DNA of 58,030 bases from Blastocatellia bacterium (GCA_049317725.1 JBMOHS010000003.1:1-58030); one strand, 5' to 3'. Counted from the stretch's first letter, positions 8,787 through 19,265 are shown. Numbers and translations are program-made. Notes: generated by a model from the letters alone, not told the origin.

Positions 8787-11204
8787 CTACCCGACGAGAA
8801 CCTCATCAGGCCGGGCGAGGTCATTGCGAGTGGCGGGTCTGTACTGGAGACCGTTGCCATCGACATAGACTTCGATCTGGGAAACTCCATCGAATCGGCC
8901 CGTTAGAAGGGCATCTGCGAGAGGGTCTTCAATAAATTGTTGGAGGGCACGCCGGAGGGGGCGAGCCCCATAACTCCGGTCCGTGCAGGTCTGATCAACG
9001 ATCCACTGGGCCGCCTCCTCCGTCAGAGAGAGGCTTAACCCGCGCGATTGAAGGGTGAGGTTGAGCTGGTCGGTCAGACGAATCACGATCGCCAGCAGGT
9101 CGGCATCGGCCAACGGCTCAAAGACGATGATCTCATCGAGTCGGTTGATGAATTCCGGATTGAAGGTCTCTTGAACCGCCATCCGCACACGATCGCCAGA
9201 CCACTGCAGCGCCTCCTGCCTGGACGATTGAAAGCCGAGTGGACCACCTCTCTGCCCTTGTTGAATAAACCTGGCGCCGATATTGGAGGTCATGATGATG
9301 ATCGCGTGGCGAAAATCGGCGGTATTCCCGAGGGCATCGGTGAGGGTTCCGTCCTCGAAGACCTGCAAGAGAAGGTTGAAGATGTCCGGATGGGCCTTTT
9401 CGATCTCGTCGAGCAGAACGACTGCGTAGGGGTTGCGACGCACCCGCTCGGTCAATTGGCCGCCTTCCTCGTAGCCGACATAGCCCGGCGGGGAGCCGAT
9501 CAGCTTCGAGACCGAGTGCTTCTCCGTGAATTCAGACATATCGAATCGAATCAAAGAGCGCTCAGAGCCGAAGAGGAGGGTGGCAAGGGAGCGGGCAACC
9601 TCCGTCTTGCCGACCCCTGTCGGCCCGAGGAAGAGGAAGGAGCCAACAGGGCGCTGCACGGTCCGCAGGCCCGCCCGCGAGCGGCGAATGGCCCGCGCAA
9701 GCGCGGAGATGGCCGCCTCTTGGCGCACAATGCGCTGCCGCAGATCTTCTTCGATGCGCAGAAGACGGGCGGACTCCTCTTCGCAAAGGGCCGTGACAGG
9801 GATTCCTGTCCAACGGGCAATCACCTGATCGACATCCTGCTTGACCACCAGGGTAAGATCGGTCTCGTCCGGAAATGGCAGTGCGCGATCCAACTCATAC
9901 CTCGACGCCTCTCCAGTCGGGGAGGCGTACCACGCCGAACCTCGCTCCTCAGGAAGGCGGGTCTCTTCGCGAGCGGGTCGACGACGGGGGGGCTGCTCTT
10001 TGTGCAGGCGAAGTTTGACGTGTGCGCCCGCCTCGTCGAGGACATCGATCGCCTTATCGGGGAGGAAGCGATCGGGGAGGTAGCGGCTTGACTGGTAGAC
10101 GGCAGCTTCGATCGCTTCGTTGGCGTAGCGGACTTGATGGAAGGTCTCGTAGCGCTCCCGAATGCCTTCGAGGATGAGGATCGCCTCCTCTTCGCTCGGA
10201 GCGGCGACCCGCACGGCCTGGAACCGGCGCTCCAGCGAGCGGTCTTTCTCGACGGTCTTGCGAAATTCGGCAGGGGTACTCGCACCGATGCACTGCAGAT
10301 CCCCCCGGGAGAGAGCCGGCTTGAGGATGTTGGCAGCATCGAGACTCCCCTCGGCCGATCCGGCCCCGACGAGAGTATGCAGCTCATCGATGAAGACAAT
10401 GTACTGGGGGTTCTCGGCCAATTCGCGCATGATCGTCTTCATGCGCTCCTCGAACTGCCCGCGGTACTTGGTCCCGGCAACGACCAGCCCCAGGTCGAGG
10501 GCGAGAATTCGCTTTTCGGCGAGGAAGACGGGAACCTCCCCGGCGACGATTCGGCAGGCCAACCCCTCGACGATCGCGGTTTTGCCGACGCCAGGCTCGC
10601 CGATCAGGACAGGATTGTTCTTGGTCCGGCGGCAGAGGATCTGCATGACCCGGTCGATCTCTTCCTCGCGCCCGACCAATGGATCGAGCTTTCCTTCGAG
10701 GGCCGCCTCGGTCAGATCCCGGCTGAACTCGGCCAGATTCGGCGTCTCACGCCGCGGGCTGGTCCGTTCGTGCGACGATTGGCGCATCAGCTCCTGGCGA
10801 ATATCGGAGAGGCGAATGCCCCGCTCGTAGAGAATCTCCGCCGCGATCGAGTTCTCCTCGCGCAAGAGCCCGAGCAAGAGATGTTCGGTCCCAATGTGAC
10901 GATGGCCAAGCCGGGTCGACTCCTCGGCGGAAAAGGCGAGGACTCGCTTGGCCTCGCCCGAGAGTGGCAGATCGATCGTGCTTGAGACACGATCCCGCAG
11001 GACTGTCCGCCCCTCGATCTCCTTGCGGATGGCGTCGATGTTGACTTGGGCCCGGTGGAGAAACCGATTCGTCAGGCTCTTGTCCTCCCGGATCAGCCCC
11101 AAGAGGATGTGTTCGGCCTCGATCTGCGAAGCACCAAACTGACTCGCTTCGTAGCGGGCAAAGAAGATGACCCGCCGGGCTTTCTCTGTGTATCGCTCGA
11201 ACAT
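8787..11204 (-). CDS. clpC: ATP-dependent Clp protease ATP-binding subunit (ClpA/ClpC type)
   Basis: MFERYTEKARRVIFFA Clp-N repeats, Walker A motifs GEPGVGKT and GPTGVGKT, GSPPGYVGY pore loop, LGF ClpP-docking loop. Confidence 0.92.
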   Translation of the reverse strand: MFERYTEKARRVIFFARYEASQFGASQIEAEHILLGLIREDKSLTNRFLHRAQVNIDAIRKEIEGRTVLRDRVSSTIDLPLSGEAKRVLAFSAEESTRLGHRHIGTEHLLLGLLREENSIAAEILYERGIRLSDIRQELMRQSSHERTSPRRETPNLAEFSRDLTEAALEGKLDPLVGREEEIDRVMQILCRRTKNNPVLIGEPGVGKTAIVEGLACRIVAGEVPVFLAEKRILALDLGLVVAGTKYRGQFEERMKTIMRELAENPQYIVFIDELHTLVGAGSAEGSLDAANILKPALSRGDLQCIGASTPAEFRKTVEKDRSLERRFQAVRVAAPSEEEAILILEGIRERYETFHQVRYANEAIEAAVYQSSRYLPDRFLPDKAIDVLDEAGAHVKLRLHKEQPPRRRPAREETRLPEERGSAWYASPTGEASRYELDRALPFPDETDLTLVVKQDVDQVIARWTGIPVTALCEEESARLLRIEEDLRQRIVRQEAAISALARAIRRSRAGLRTVQRPVGSFLFLGPTGVGKTEVARSLATLLFGSERSLIRFDMSEFTEKHSVSKLIGSPPGYVGYEEGGQLTERVRRNPYAVVLLDEIEKAHPDIFNLLLQVFEDGTLTDALGNTADFRHAIIIMTSNIGARFIQQGQRGGPLGFQSSRQEALQWSGDRVRMAVQETFNPEFINRLDEIIVFEPLADADLLAIVIRLTDQLNLTLQSRGLSLSLTEEAAQWIVDQTCTDRSYGARPLRRALQQFIEDPLADALLTGRFDGVSQIEVYVDGNGLQYRPATRNDLARPDEVLVG

Positions 11205-11289
11205 CTGCGCTTCTCCACTCCCGATTTCGTTTGCCACTGAGGCGATGAGCGGTTCCCTCGCGCAACGGAGCGAACGCGCCATGGAGACT

Positions 11290-12027
11290 TCAGCTGGAGG
11301 AGGAGTCCACCAACCGCCGATCCGCCAGCAGGAGGACCCGGTCACAGGCGGCAGCCAAGTCTTCGTTATGGGTCACCAGGATGGCTGTCAATCGCTCCTC
11401 CCGGCGCAATTCGAGGAGCAGTTGTAAGATATCTGCCCCCGTCCGGTGATCAAGGTTCCCGGTCGGCTCGTCCGCGAGGAGGAGACACGGTGCCGCGACG
11501 AGCGCTCGCGCCAAGGCCACCCGCTGCTGCTCACCGCCCGAGAGGGCCCCCGGACGGTGAGCAGCCCGACCAGCCAACCCCACCCGGGCGATCAAGTCCC
11601 CAGCCCGCACACGTGCCTCCCGACGCCCGAGCCCGCCGATCAGCAGCGGCATCATCACGTTCTCAAGCGCGGTAAATTCAGGAAGGAGGTGGTGAAATTG
11701 AAACACGAACCCGATCTGCCGATTGCGGAACGTCGATAAGTCTAGCTCAGAGGTTTTTGTGATGTCAAACCCGTCGATCCGGACGCTTCCGGCGGTCGGT
11801 CGGTCGAGCCCGCCGAGCAGATGAAGGAGGGTCGACTTCCCCGCCCCGGAAGCCCCAACGATCGCAACCATCTCTCCAGACCGGATCGTCAGTGAGAGGT
11901 CCTCCAGAATAGGAATCTCCGTCTCAGCCAAGCGGTAGGCCTTGGTGAGCCCCTCGGCTTCGAGCAGAATCCGGTCCTCACCGCGAACCCGACTCCTGAC
12001 GGGGGATGGAGAAGGTGGCTGTTTCAT
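11290..12027 (-). CDS. lolD: LolD-like ABC transporter ATP-binding protein
   Basis: GASGAGKST, FRNRQIGFVFQFHHLLPEFTALENV, LSGGEQQRVA, ADEPTGNLD. Confidence 0.85.
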   Translation of the reverse strand: MKQPPSPSPVRSRVRGEDRILLEAEGLTKAYRLAETEIPILEDLSLTIRSGEMVAIVGASGAGKSTLLHLLGGLDRPTAGSVRIDGFDITKTSELDLSTFRNRQIGFVFQFHHLLPEFTALENVMMPLLIGGLGRREARVRAGDLIARVGLAGRAAHRPGALSGGEQQRVALARALVAAPCLLLADEPTGNLDHRTGADILQLLLELRREERLTAILVTHNEDLAAACDRVLLLADRRLVDSSSS

Positions 12028-13910
12028 GGTCGTGATGACCCTCCTGCTGGACCGGTCGCGACCGCCTCGGAAAGGGTCTTGCCCATTTCAGCGATGAGCG
12101 GAAAAGTACCGAAGGAAGAATGGGTCTCGACGAGGAGCCCATCGGTCAGCAGGGCGGTGCCGCGCACCGCCCAGGGCAAAGGAGTCCGCACGGCACCGGT
12201 GGAGGTCATCCCTTCCAACGGTTTTGTGCCGTTGACGAGCTGCTCGAGGATTGCTCGGAGCCGTTCGCGCTCCTCGTCTTCGCGGAAGTAGTGGCGCACC
12301 AGAAAGGGCGATGACGGGAGGGGATCGGCGAGGACAGGGGTCTCCCTCCAGGCTGGCGTCGCCAGGATCGACCCCGCCGAGTTCCGCCGATCGACCCAAC
12401 CACGCAGAACTGTCGGGCCCCCCCGCAGCAGCAGATCGTCAAGGAGGAGGGTCGCCGGATCTCCTGCCGCCTCGGGCAGGACGAGCCTCCCTCGCGCCAG
12501 CTCTTCAACCTCACGGACTCCCTTTTGTTGAGGCCCGTCTGGAGATGGTACGTTCAATGCGGAAGTCCCGCCGCGCGTCGACATCAACCAGACCCGCTCC
12601 TCCGGCGTTGCACCGAGCGTCACGGCGACCAGTCCATCCCCGATCGACGTCGCTGGTACAGGGGGAGATTGGCGATCAAGCAGCGTCCGCCGGACGCCGA
12701 GGACTGCCTGGTGGAGGAGGAAGCTCTCAGCCAACCCAAGGCGCGCCGAGAGCGCAGCCTCGACCGACTGGAGGGTGCCGAGCGGATCAGCGACCCGAAA
12801 GACGGTCCAGTCGATTGCGTCGGCGGGAACCAGCGCCAGTTGGCGGGCAGGCTCGTCGCCAAGTCGCAGCGACGGCGCAATCTGGTCGATCAGATCCTGG
12901 TTGAGCTGGACCAGCGTTTGTGTACGAGCCCGCCCCTCCAGATGGGCCTCGGCGAAGGCGATCCCGTGGAAGAGGCGGGGAGCGATGGCGGTCACTGCCT
13001 CTCCCAGCGCGCCAACCAGTCGACCCGTTTCCCCGACTGATTGCGTGCTCTCCATTGGGGAGAGCACGAGATGTGCTCCCGAACGGAGCAGCCGGGTGCC
13101 TCCATCGGCGGTGACATATCCATAAAGAGATGGAGAAGCAGAGGACGTCGTGACGATCCGTTGACGTGCCTGACGCCAGTAGAATTCTCCGGCCAGATTG
13201 GGAACTCGGCCGAGGTGGGCATCGAGGCAGGCGCGCAGGGCTGCGGACTGGTTGCTGACCATCCAGTACCCTTCTGCCCGGGCAATATAGAGGCCAATCT
13301 CTCCGGTCTCTGCGGTTTTTATGGATTCCCGTGGGTGATAACTGACGATCTCAACACCGCCGTACCGTTCGCGCCGTTCCTCGGTCGCCCCCAACATCTG
13401 CTCGACCAATGGTTGGAGCCGGGGCCCCCTCTCCACTCCCCACTGGCGTGGTGCCTCGGCGAGAAGAGTCCAATGTGGGCGAACCAACTCTCCGCGAAGC
13501 TCGAGCGCCATCAGGACCAGCCCCCATCGCCCCTCCAGCAGATCGGCGGTCTCCCCCGTTGCCTTCACCATCCAATCCACTACACCATTGGGCCACAGAC
13601 GATTCCACCAGGTCGACTCCCGGTTGTTACCTTTCGGCGAGACAAGCGGCCACGCCTTGAGTGACGTCAAGTGGCCAAGGAGCGCCGTCCCGGACTCGAC
13701 CTCGAGATAGCCCATCGCCGAACTGGGAACAGACTGGGCAAGGCTCTCCTGACGGGGGGGGCGCAGGGCCCACCAAGCAACCAGAGAGAGGGAGACCACT
13801 CCAGCCACGGCGACGCCGATCCGCCACCATCGTCTGCTTCCCAGCCGAGGGCGCTGCGGTTCGTGGCTCACCGGCGGACTTGTCTCCTGGTTCGACTCTT
13901 GACTCGTCAT
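12024..13910 (-). CDS. Hypothetical membrane-anchored (likely periplasmic) protein, about 630 aa
   Basis: Long ORF with a single N-terminal hydrophobic helix after RRWWR; ATG 13910 after AAGAGGGG; ATGA overlap with lolD. Confidence 0.75.
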   Translation of the reverse strand: MTSQESNQETSPPVSHEPQRPRLGSRRWWRIGVAVAGVVSLSLVAWWALRPPRQESLAQSVPSSAMGYLEVESGTALLGHLTSLKAWPLVSPKGNNRESTWWNRLWPNGVVDWMVKATGETADLLEGRWGLVLMALELRGELVRPHWTLLAEAPRQWGVERGPRLQPLVEQMLGATEERRERYGGVEIVSYHPRESIKTAETGEIGLYIARAEGYWMVSNQSAALRACLDAHLGRVPNLAGEFYWRQARQRIVTTSSASPSLYGYVTADGGTRLLRSGAHLVLSPMESTQSVGETGRLVGALGEAVTAIAPRLFHGIAFAEAHLEGRARTQTLVQLNQDLIDQIAPSLRLGDEPARQLALVPADAIDWTVFRVADPLGTLQSVEAALSARLGLAESFLLHQAVLGVRRTLLDRQSPPVPATSIGDGLVAVTLGATPEERVWLMSTRGGTSALNVPSPDGPQQKGVREVEELARGRLVLPEAAGDPATLLLDDLLLRGGPTVLRGWVDRRNSAGSILATPAWRETPVLADPLPSSPFLVRHYFREDEERERLRAILEQLVNGTKPLEGMTSTGAVRTPLPWAVRGTALLTDGLLVETHSSFGTFPLIAEMGKTLSEAVATGPAGGSSRP

Positions 13911-13938
13911 TGACCCCTCTTTCCAAATCAACGACACT

Positions 13939-13947
13939 ACTTTAGCA
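13939..13947 (-). promoter_or_regulatory. Possible extended -10 promoter (TGCTAAAGT) for the envelope block
   Basis: TGn-TAnnnT about 30 nt upstream of ATG 13910. Confidence 0.4.
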
Positions 13948-14065
13948 GCGAGCTACCAAGCTGAGAAGAGGGGAAGAATCGGACAAGAAGAGGAATGGCA
14001 GACACGCCGGGACAGAGGATCTACCTAAACGACCCTCGTAACGGAGGGTTTGACGGGAGGACCGC

Positions 14066-14596
14066 TTGATCGAGCTCTTTTTGATGCGCCACGGAATTGC
14101 GCTTGATCTGGGCATAAACGGAATCTTTCGGGATGAAGACCGCCCTTTGAGCGAAGTGGGGCGGAGAAAGATGCAAGAGGCGGCCCTGGGCGTGCGCTGG
14201 CTCGATCCCAGGCTCACCCTGATCTTGACCAGCCCCCTGCTCCGCTGTCAGGAGACGGCGGAGATCGTCGCGACCACCCTTGGGATGCAGGAGAGCGTCA
14301 AAACCCTTGACGCGCTCGCCCCGGGCCAGGGGTTTCTCCCACACGACGGCGCCGTTCCGCGCGTCATCGCAGATCTCGCCGCCTCTTCCTTCGAGCGCGC
14401 CCTGCTCGTTGGCCACCTCCCAGACCTTTCCGAGTTGGCCTCCTGGCTGCTAACTGGCCACCGCAGCTTGAACGTCGAGTTCAAGCGGGGTACCCTCTGT
14501 CTGATCGAAGTGACAAGTCTGCCGCCGCGTGGCCCCGGCCGCTTGCGTTGGGCCTTGTCACCGGGCCAACTGCGCCGGCTTGGCCAGCGCCATTGA
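14066..14596 (+). CDS. sixA: SixA-type phosphohistidine phosphatase
   Basis: LFLMRHG, DRPLS, TSPLLRCQETA, LLVGH; TTG start after GGAGG. Confidence 0.88.
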   Translation: MIELFLMRHGIALDLGINGIFRDEDRPLSEVGRRKMQEAALGVRWLDPRLTLILTSPLLRCQETAEIVATTLGMQESVKTLDALAPGQGFLPHDGAVPRVIADLAASSFERALLVGHLPDLSELASWLLTGHRSLNVEFKRGTLCLIEVTSLPPRGPGRLRWALSPGQLRRLGQRH

Positions 14597-14687
14597 GATA
14601 CCGCCCCCGAAGAGAAGAGTAGTGAAGAGTAGAGAAGAGAAGACTAGAAAAGTAGAGAGGATCGAGAAGAGAAAGGACTCTGATGCT

Positions 14688-15392
14688 ATGAATCGCTGGT
14701 TGCCGCTGATGATCATTCTGAGCGTTCTGCTCCTTGCTGCTGGAGGAGGAGTCTGGCTGTATCAATCGTCTCAACAGTCCTCCAATCAGAGTGCCGCGCC
14801 GTCAGAGTCCTCGTCGGCATCCACAACCGGGGAGACGCCACCATCGGCCGCCTCTCCGCTGCCTGGCCCAACAGCGACCCCAGGCCCTGTCGAAAGACGA
14901 AGTGTCGTCACCCTCGAAGAGTTCGGGGACTACCAGTGCCCGCCGTGCGGTCAGCTCCATCCTGAGCTGACCATCCTCAAGAAGGAGTTCGGGGAACGGC
15001 TGCGCTTCGTCTATCGCCACTTCCCGCTGATCCAGATTCACCCGAACGCGCAACCGGCCGCACTCGCCGCCGTGGCCGCCAGCTTCCAGGGCAGTTTCTG
15101 GGAGATGCACAATCTGCTCTATCAGAACCAGTCGACTTGGAGCGGACTGCCTGACATCGTTCCGCAGGTCACCCAGTATGCACGGCAGGCTGGGTTGGAC
15201 GTTCCGCGGTTTCTCAACGATATGCAGAGCCCTCGTGCATTCGCTGTCGTCAGTGCCGATCAGCGGGAGGGCACGAGTCGGAATGTGACGGGAACCCCGA
15301 CCCTCCTGATCAACGGCGAGATGCTCCCTTTTGAAAGCTACAGCCTGGATCAACTGCGACGGGAGATCGATCGTCGATTGCTGCCCCGCTAG
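14688..15392 (+). CDS. Membrane-anchored DsbA/thioredoxin-fold oxidoreductase
   Basis: N-terminal TM, Ser/Pro linker, EFGDYQCPPC, RHFPL, GTPT cis-Pro loop. Confidence 0.9.
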   Translation: MNRWLPLMIILSVLLLAAGGGVWLYQSSQQSSNQSAAPSESSSASTTGETPPSAASPLPGPTATPGPVERRSVVTLEEFGDYQCPPCGQLHPELTILKKEFGERLRFVYRHFPLIQIHPNAQPAALAAVAASFQGSFWEMHNLLYQNQSTWSGLPDIVPQVTQYARQAGLDVPRFLNDMQSPRAFAVVSADQREGTSRNVTGTPTLLINGEMLPFESYSLDQLRREIDRRLLPR

Positions 15393-15856
15393 TCGCGACT
15401 CCCTGGAGCTCCTGCCTCGTCCGCCACGGCCCTCCATCCGAGGAGCGAGAGCAGCACGATCAGCAGGGTAGCACTGGCCGAGAGCAGGCAGAAAGAGCAG
15501 TAGGCCCGCAACACAAACGCCTGCAGGTAGAGGAACCAGAGGGTCGCTGCCCCCATGAGCCCAGCCTGCAGACACAAGAGAAGGCGCCAGCGGCGGCCCT
15601 CTTTCGCGTCCGCAAAGAGAATCAGGATCGCCAGACTGAAGACGAGGAAATAAGCAATCGCCCCGTATGCCGCGGTTGGAACCCCTCCGATCGCGGCGTA
15701 CCGACTGGACAACACCGCCGAGCAACCCTTGACGATCGTGCAACGCACGCTCTGCCCGGTGAGGTGCTGGACCGTCAGATAGACGGCGTCGCCTAACCCA
15801 ACCAGTGAAGCCCCGAGCACACCACCATCAATCAACCTCCGACGTGACCATTTCAT
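15389..15856 (-). CDS. Vitamin K epoxide reductase (VKOR) family protein
   Basis: Loop Cys pair CTIVKGC followed by VLSSRYA; CSFC active site; four TM helices. Start could be 15889. Confidence 0.88.
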   Translation of the reverse strand: MKWSRRRLIDGGVLGASLVGLGDAVYLTVQHLTGQSVRCTIVKGCSAVLSSRYAAIGGVPTAAYGAIAYFLVFSLAILILFADAKEGRRWRLLLCLQAGLMGAATLWFLYLQAFVLRAYCSFCLLSASATLLIVLLSLLGWRAVADEAGAPGSRD

Positions 15857-16085
15857 CACGGACTCTCTCCCTCTTCCCAGAGTCTTCATGCTCCGTCCCC
15901 TTCGCGACTTCGCGTAAGACTTTTCCCTCTCACCTCCTGGAGGTCCCTCTTTTTCACAGCGCAGTCCGAAGCCTACCCTGCCCCCCATTCTTTGCCTCTC
16001 CCGAGGGGAGTCGACAAAGCAGGGGCACTCCCGTCATACTAGGGGCTTGACGAACCAAATGTAACTCGGCGCCAGAAGGAGGCAT

Positions 16086-17336
16086 GTGAGCTGGACGACT
16101 GCTGAAAAATTTCTTTTGAGCGGCCTGCTTCCAACCACGGCCAGCAGCCACCGCTTGCGTCGTCTGCTGACCGAACGGGCGACGACGATCGATTGGGAGG
16201 TGGTGCGCAGCCGTGGGAGCCACCTACAGGTCCTTCCGCTCGTCCGGTTCAACCTGACACAGGCGCACGGGGACCAAGGAGATCTGACCTTACGCTTGCC
16301 CTCCGACCTGCGAACCTACCTGCGAAGCCAGGCGGAGGAGTGGGCCGCCCGCGAGTTGGCCTACCTGCACGAGGTTCGCCACCTGATCGGCTTGCTCCAG
16401 GCACAAGGGATCCCGTCCCTGCCACTCAAGGGGGCCGCGCTGATGCTGGCCGGTTACTACCCGCAACCGGGGCTGCGTCCAGCCGTCGACATCGACCTCC
16501 TCGTCGCCCCGGAGGATGTGCAGGCCGCCGATGCGCTCCTCGCCCGGTATGAGTATCGCCCCCTGCCCGGGCAGCGTAAAGTCCGCGACAGTCAGCGACT
16601 TCCCAATCAACGCAACCATCTCTGGCCCCGGCGGGGCCGCTCCGGAATTGTCGTCGAGCTGCACCACCGGGCCTTCCAAGTCGTCGCGAGCGAGGCAGAG
16701 GTTGGATTCCCAGAGTTGTGGGGACGCGCGCGCTCGATCGGCGCGGGCTTCCTGCCCCTCCCCTCACCTGGGGACCTCGCCCTGCACCTGATCCACCACA
16801 GCATGGTCGATCTGCAGAGCGGCCATCTCATTCTGCGGACGCTCGCCGACCTCTTCTTCCTTGCCCGCAAAGCTCCAGAAAGCTTCGACCAAGCCCGCCG
16901 GCTCGCCGCACAACTGGGCTTCCCGGGCATCGTCCCCCTGGCCGAACAGGCCGTCCACCATCTCGAGGTAGCCAATCTCGAAGCCCTCGAGGTCGACGCC
17001 GCGCACCCGGACCTTGCCTTGCTCTTCGAGACGGCCATGCTGCCCTCCCACGAGCAGCTCGCCGAAGCGGCGCGCTTCTTCGAGTACTTTGACTTGGCGC
17101 GGCACCCCCGGAGGAAGATCCAGGCGCTGGCAGGCTTTCTAGCTCCGTCGTGGGAGCATCTCCACCAGCTCTATGGGCGTACAGAACCGACCGACCCATC
17201 CCGACCAGCCGTCTCCCGCTGGCACTACCTGCGTCGACCGTTCGATCTGCTGCGTCGAGTCGACTGGCGAAGCCTCCGACCGGCGATGGTGCGGCGGGTT
17301 CGCCACTGGAAGCGTCTGCCTACCCGGCAGGATTGA
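16086..17336 (+). CDS. Nucleotidyltransferase family protein (NTP_transf_5-like)
   Basis: LKGAAL...YP...R...DIDLLV and VELHHR motifs; GTG start after AGGAGG. Confidence 0.8.
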   Translation: MSWTTAEKFLLSGLLPTTASSHRLRRLLTERATTIDWEVVRSRGSHLQVLPLVRFNLTQAHGDQGDLTLRLPSDLRTYLRSQAEEWAARELAYLHEVRHLIGLLQAQGIPSLPLKGAALMLAGYYPQPGLRPAVDIDLLVAPEDVQAADALLARYEYRPLPGQRKVRDSQRLPNQRNHLWPRRGRSGIVVELHHRAFQVVASEAEVGFPELWGRARSIGAGFLPLPSPGDLALHLIHHSMVDLQSGHLILRTLADLFFLARKAPESFDQARRLAAQLGFPGIVPLAEQAVHHLEVANLEALEVDAAHPDLALLFETAMLPSHEQLAEAARFFEYFDLARHPRRKIQALAGFLAPSWEHLHQLYGRTEPTDPSRPAVSRWHYLRRPFDLLRRVDWRSLRPAMVRRVRHWKRLPTRQD

Positions 17337-18948
17337 GCCCCTTCCCTCCCCCCATCGCCTTGGCAGAGTGCTTGCGGAGAAGCTCCAAGCCATAGCGGAT
17401 CGGGACGCCAAAGGTAGTTGAGGCCTGCGAGTTGAAGAGGATGGCTTGGTTGATGCCGATGACCCGACCGCTGCTCCCAAAGACCGGCCCCCCCGATCCA
17501 CCTTCATCCGTCCGTGCATCGTAGGTCAACTGCGGGGCGACGTCGCTGATATAGCCCTGCGTCGCCTGTGGACGGATCCGCCCGTTGGTGGCCAATTCGT
17601 TGAGCTGCATCCGAAACGAGAGGTTGCCAAAATTGCGTGTTGCGGTTCGGCCGCGGTCGGTAAAGCGGGCCACCAAGCCTTCCAACCCGGCGGGATAGCC
17701 GATCAGCACCATCTGCTGGCCGCTGATGACCCGATCGAGATCTTCTTCCAGGGGCAGGACCGGCAGAATCGGCTCTCCCTTCGGCTCAAAACTGCAGAGG
17801 GCGACATCCTGATCCTGCATCACCTCGACGACACGCAACGGAAAGGGCTCCCGTACCTGCGGGAAGTAGGCGAAGACCTCCCGCAAACGGGGACGATACC
17901 CGCGCATCCGAATGAGGCTGGTCAGATCGTCCTCCTCCCAGGCGTGGACGACGTGGCGGTTGGTGAGGATGAGCCCCTTCTCGACGACAAACCCGGTCCC
18001 GATGAACTCGATCTCATAGGAGCGGCCATTGCCTTCGGCGGTGAGCAGGACCTCTCCATTGGGACCGATCGGGTTGTCTCCGCTGCCGCCTTCGCGGAAA
18101 CGGACCTCGCGGCCGACTCTGGGGTCGACGAAGAAGTAGGTGCCATAGATCAGACAGACGCCAGGACCATAATTCCGGACGACCGTTTCGGGCAGGGAGA
18201 GCGAGGACCGCATGATGGCGGACTCTTCCCGCGCCTGCTGGAGTTCAGCACGGATCTTGTCGATCTCTTGGCGGGTCTCACCAAGCGTATCCTTGATCTC
18301 GCTGATCGCCTTGTTGTTGCTGCGGGTCACCAGCAAACTGAAGGTGTTGAAGTAGAGAAAGGTGATGAGAAGAAAGGCCGCGACTCCGACGATCGCGTAA
18401 AGAACCCGACGGGGAATCTCGGCGACCAGTTCCCGAAGGAGCTGCTTGACAAAGACGATGGCAACATCGGTCCGTGGCACGACCCGCTTGCGCCGCGATT
18501 CGCGGAGGGCAGGCCTCTCGGAGCGCGCTGAGGCGAGGACGAGATTGCCGCGCATGAGCGATTCAGTGATCGTCTCCGGAGCACTCAAAAAGAAGAAGCG
18601 GACGCGGATCCCCGTGGCACCAAAAAAGTAGGTGTCCCCATCGTGAACCGCCTCCCCGATGGCGATCGATTCCCCATCCCGCGTCATCCCGGCCATGGCC
18701 TCGACCGTGGTGATTCGGTAGGTAGGATCGGCCCCCTCCCGACGCCGGAGCGTGATGATCGTCGTGTCAAGCGGAAGCGCCCCCGGTGGCGAGTCGATGC
18801 GGAGGTCACAATCGGCGGCGGTGCCGATGGTGATCACCTCTTGATCGAAGATCTTCGTCACCGGCGGTTCAATGCCCGCCAGCCGGACCACCAACCCGCT
18901 CGCTGACTCCCCTTCCTTCACCGGCGCTGTCTCGTCGACTCGTCCCAT
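17320..18948 (-). CDS. Membrane trypsin-like serine protease with an N-terminal FHA-like domain
   Basis: GTGFVV, LTNRHVV (His), DVAL (Asp), GGSGGP (Ser); central TM plus coiled coil; ATG 18948 after AGGAGGGG. Confidence 0.82.
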   Translation of the reverse strand: MGRVDETAPVKEGESASGLVVRLAGIEPPVTKIFDQEVITIGTAADCDLRIDSPPGALPLDTTIITLRRREGADPTYRITTVEAMAGMTRDGESIAIGEAVHDGDTYFFGATGIRVRFFFLSAPETITESLMRGNLVLASARSERPALRESRRKRVVPRTDVAIVFVKQLLRELVAEIPRRVLYAIVGVAAFLLITFLYFNTFSLLVTRSNNKAISEIKDTLGETRQEIDKIRAELQQAREESAIMRSSLSLPETVVRNYGPGVCLIYGTYFFVDPRVGREVRFREGGSGDNPIGPNGEVLLTAEGNGRSYEIEFIGTGFVVEKGLILTNRHVVHAWEEDDLTSLIRMRGYRPRLREVFAYFPQVREPFPLRVVEVMQDQDVALCSFEPKGEPILPVLPLEEDLDRVISGQQMVLIGYPAGLEGLVARFTDRGRTATRNFGNLSFRMQLNELATNGRIRPQATQGYISDVAPQLTYDARTDEGGSGGPVFGSSGRVIGINQAILFNSQASTTFGVPIRYGLELLRKHSAKAMGGGKGLNPAG

Positions 18949-19265
18949 TCCCCCTCCTGCCCTTTCTAGTCCGTCTCCCGAACCCCTTGCTCTCACTGCG
19001 CTAACCCTTCTGCTACCAGGAAGACAGGCAAATTCGTACGATATCACGGAACAGATCGATCTCCCTCAGCGCTCCCAAGGGGAAAAAGTTTTTTGCTGCA
19101 GGCGGTGGTCGATGTATCATCCAGTCGAGAGTCGAAGCAACGATTGGCGGCACAAAATGGTCGGCTCATCTCTGGGTTACTCAAGTAGTTGGGAATCAAT
19201 GAGAGGAAATGGCTGGAGATGGGTGAAGGTCAGAGAACAATCAGACACCCGGATGGAGGGAGACC

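Noticed and set aside
8510-8935. 141-aa plus-strand ORF in the clpC-bamA gap
   Set aside because: No motif or clear RBS, and it overlaps the clpC 3' end.
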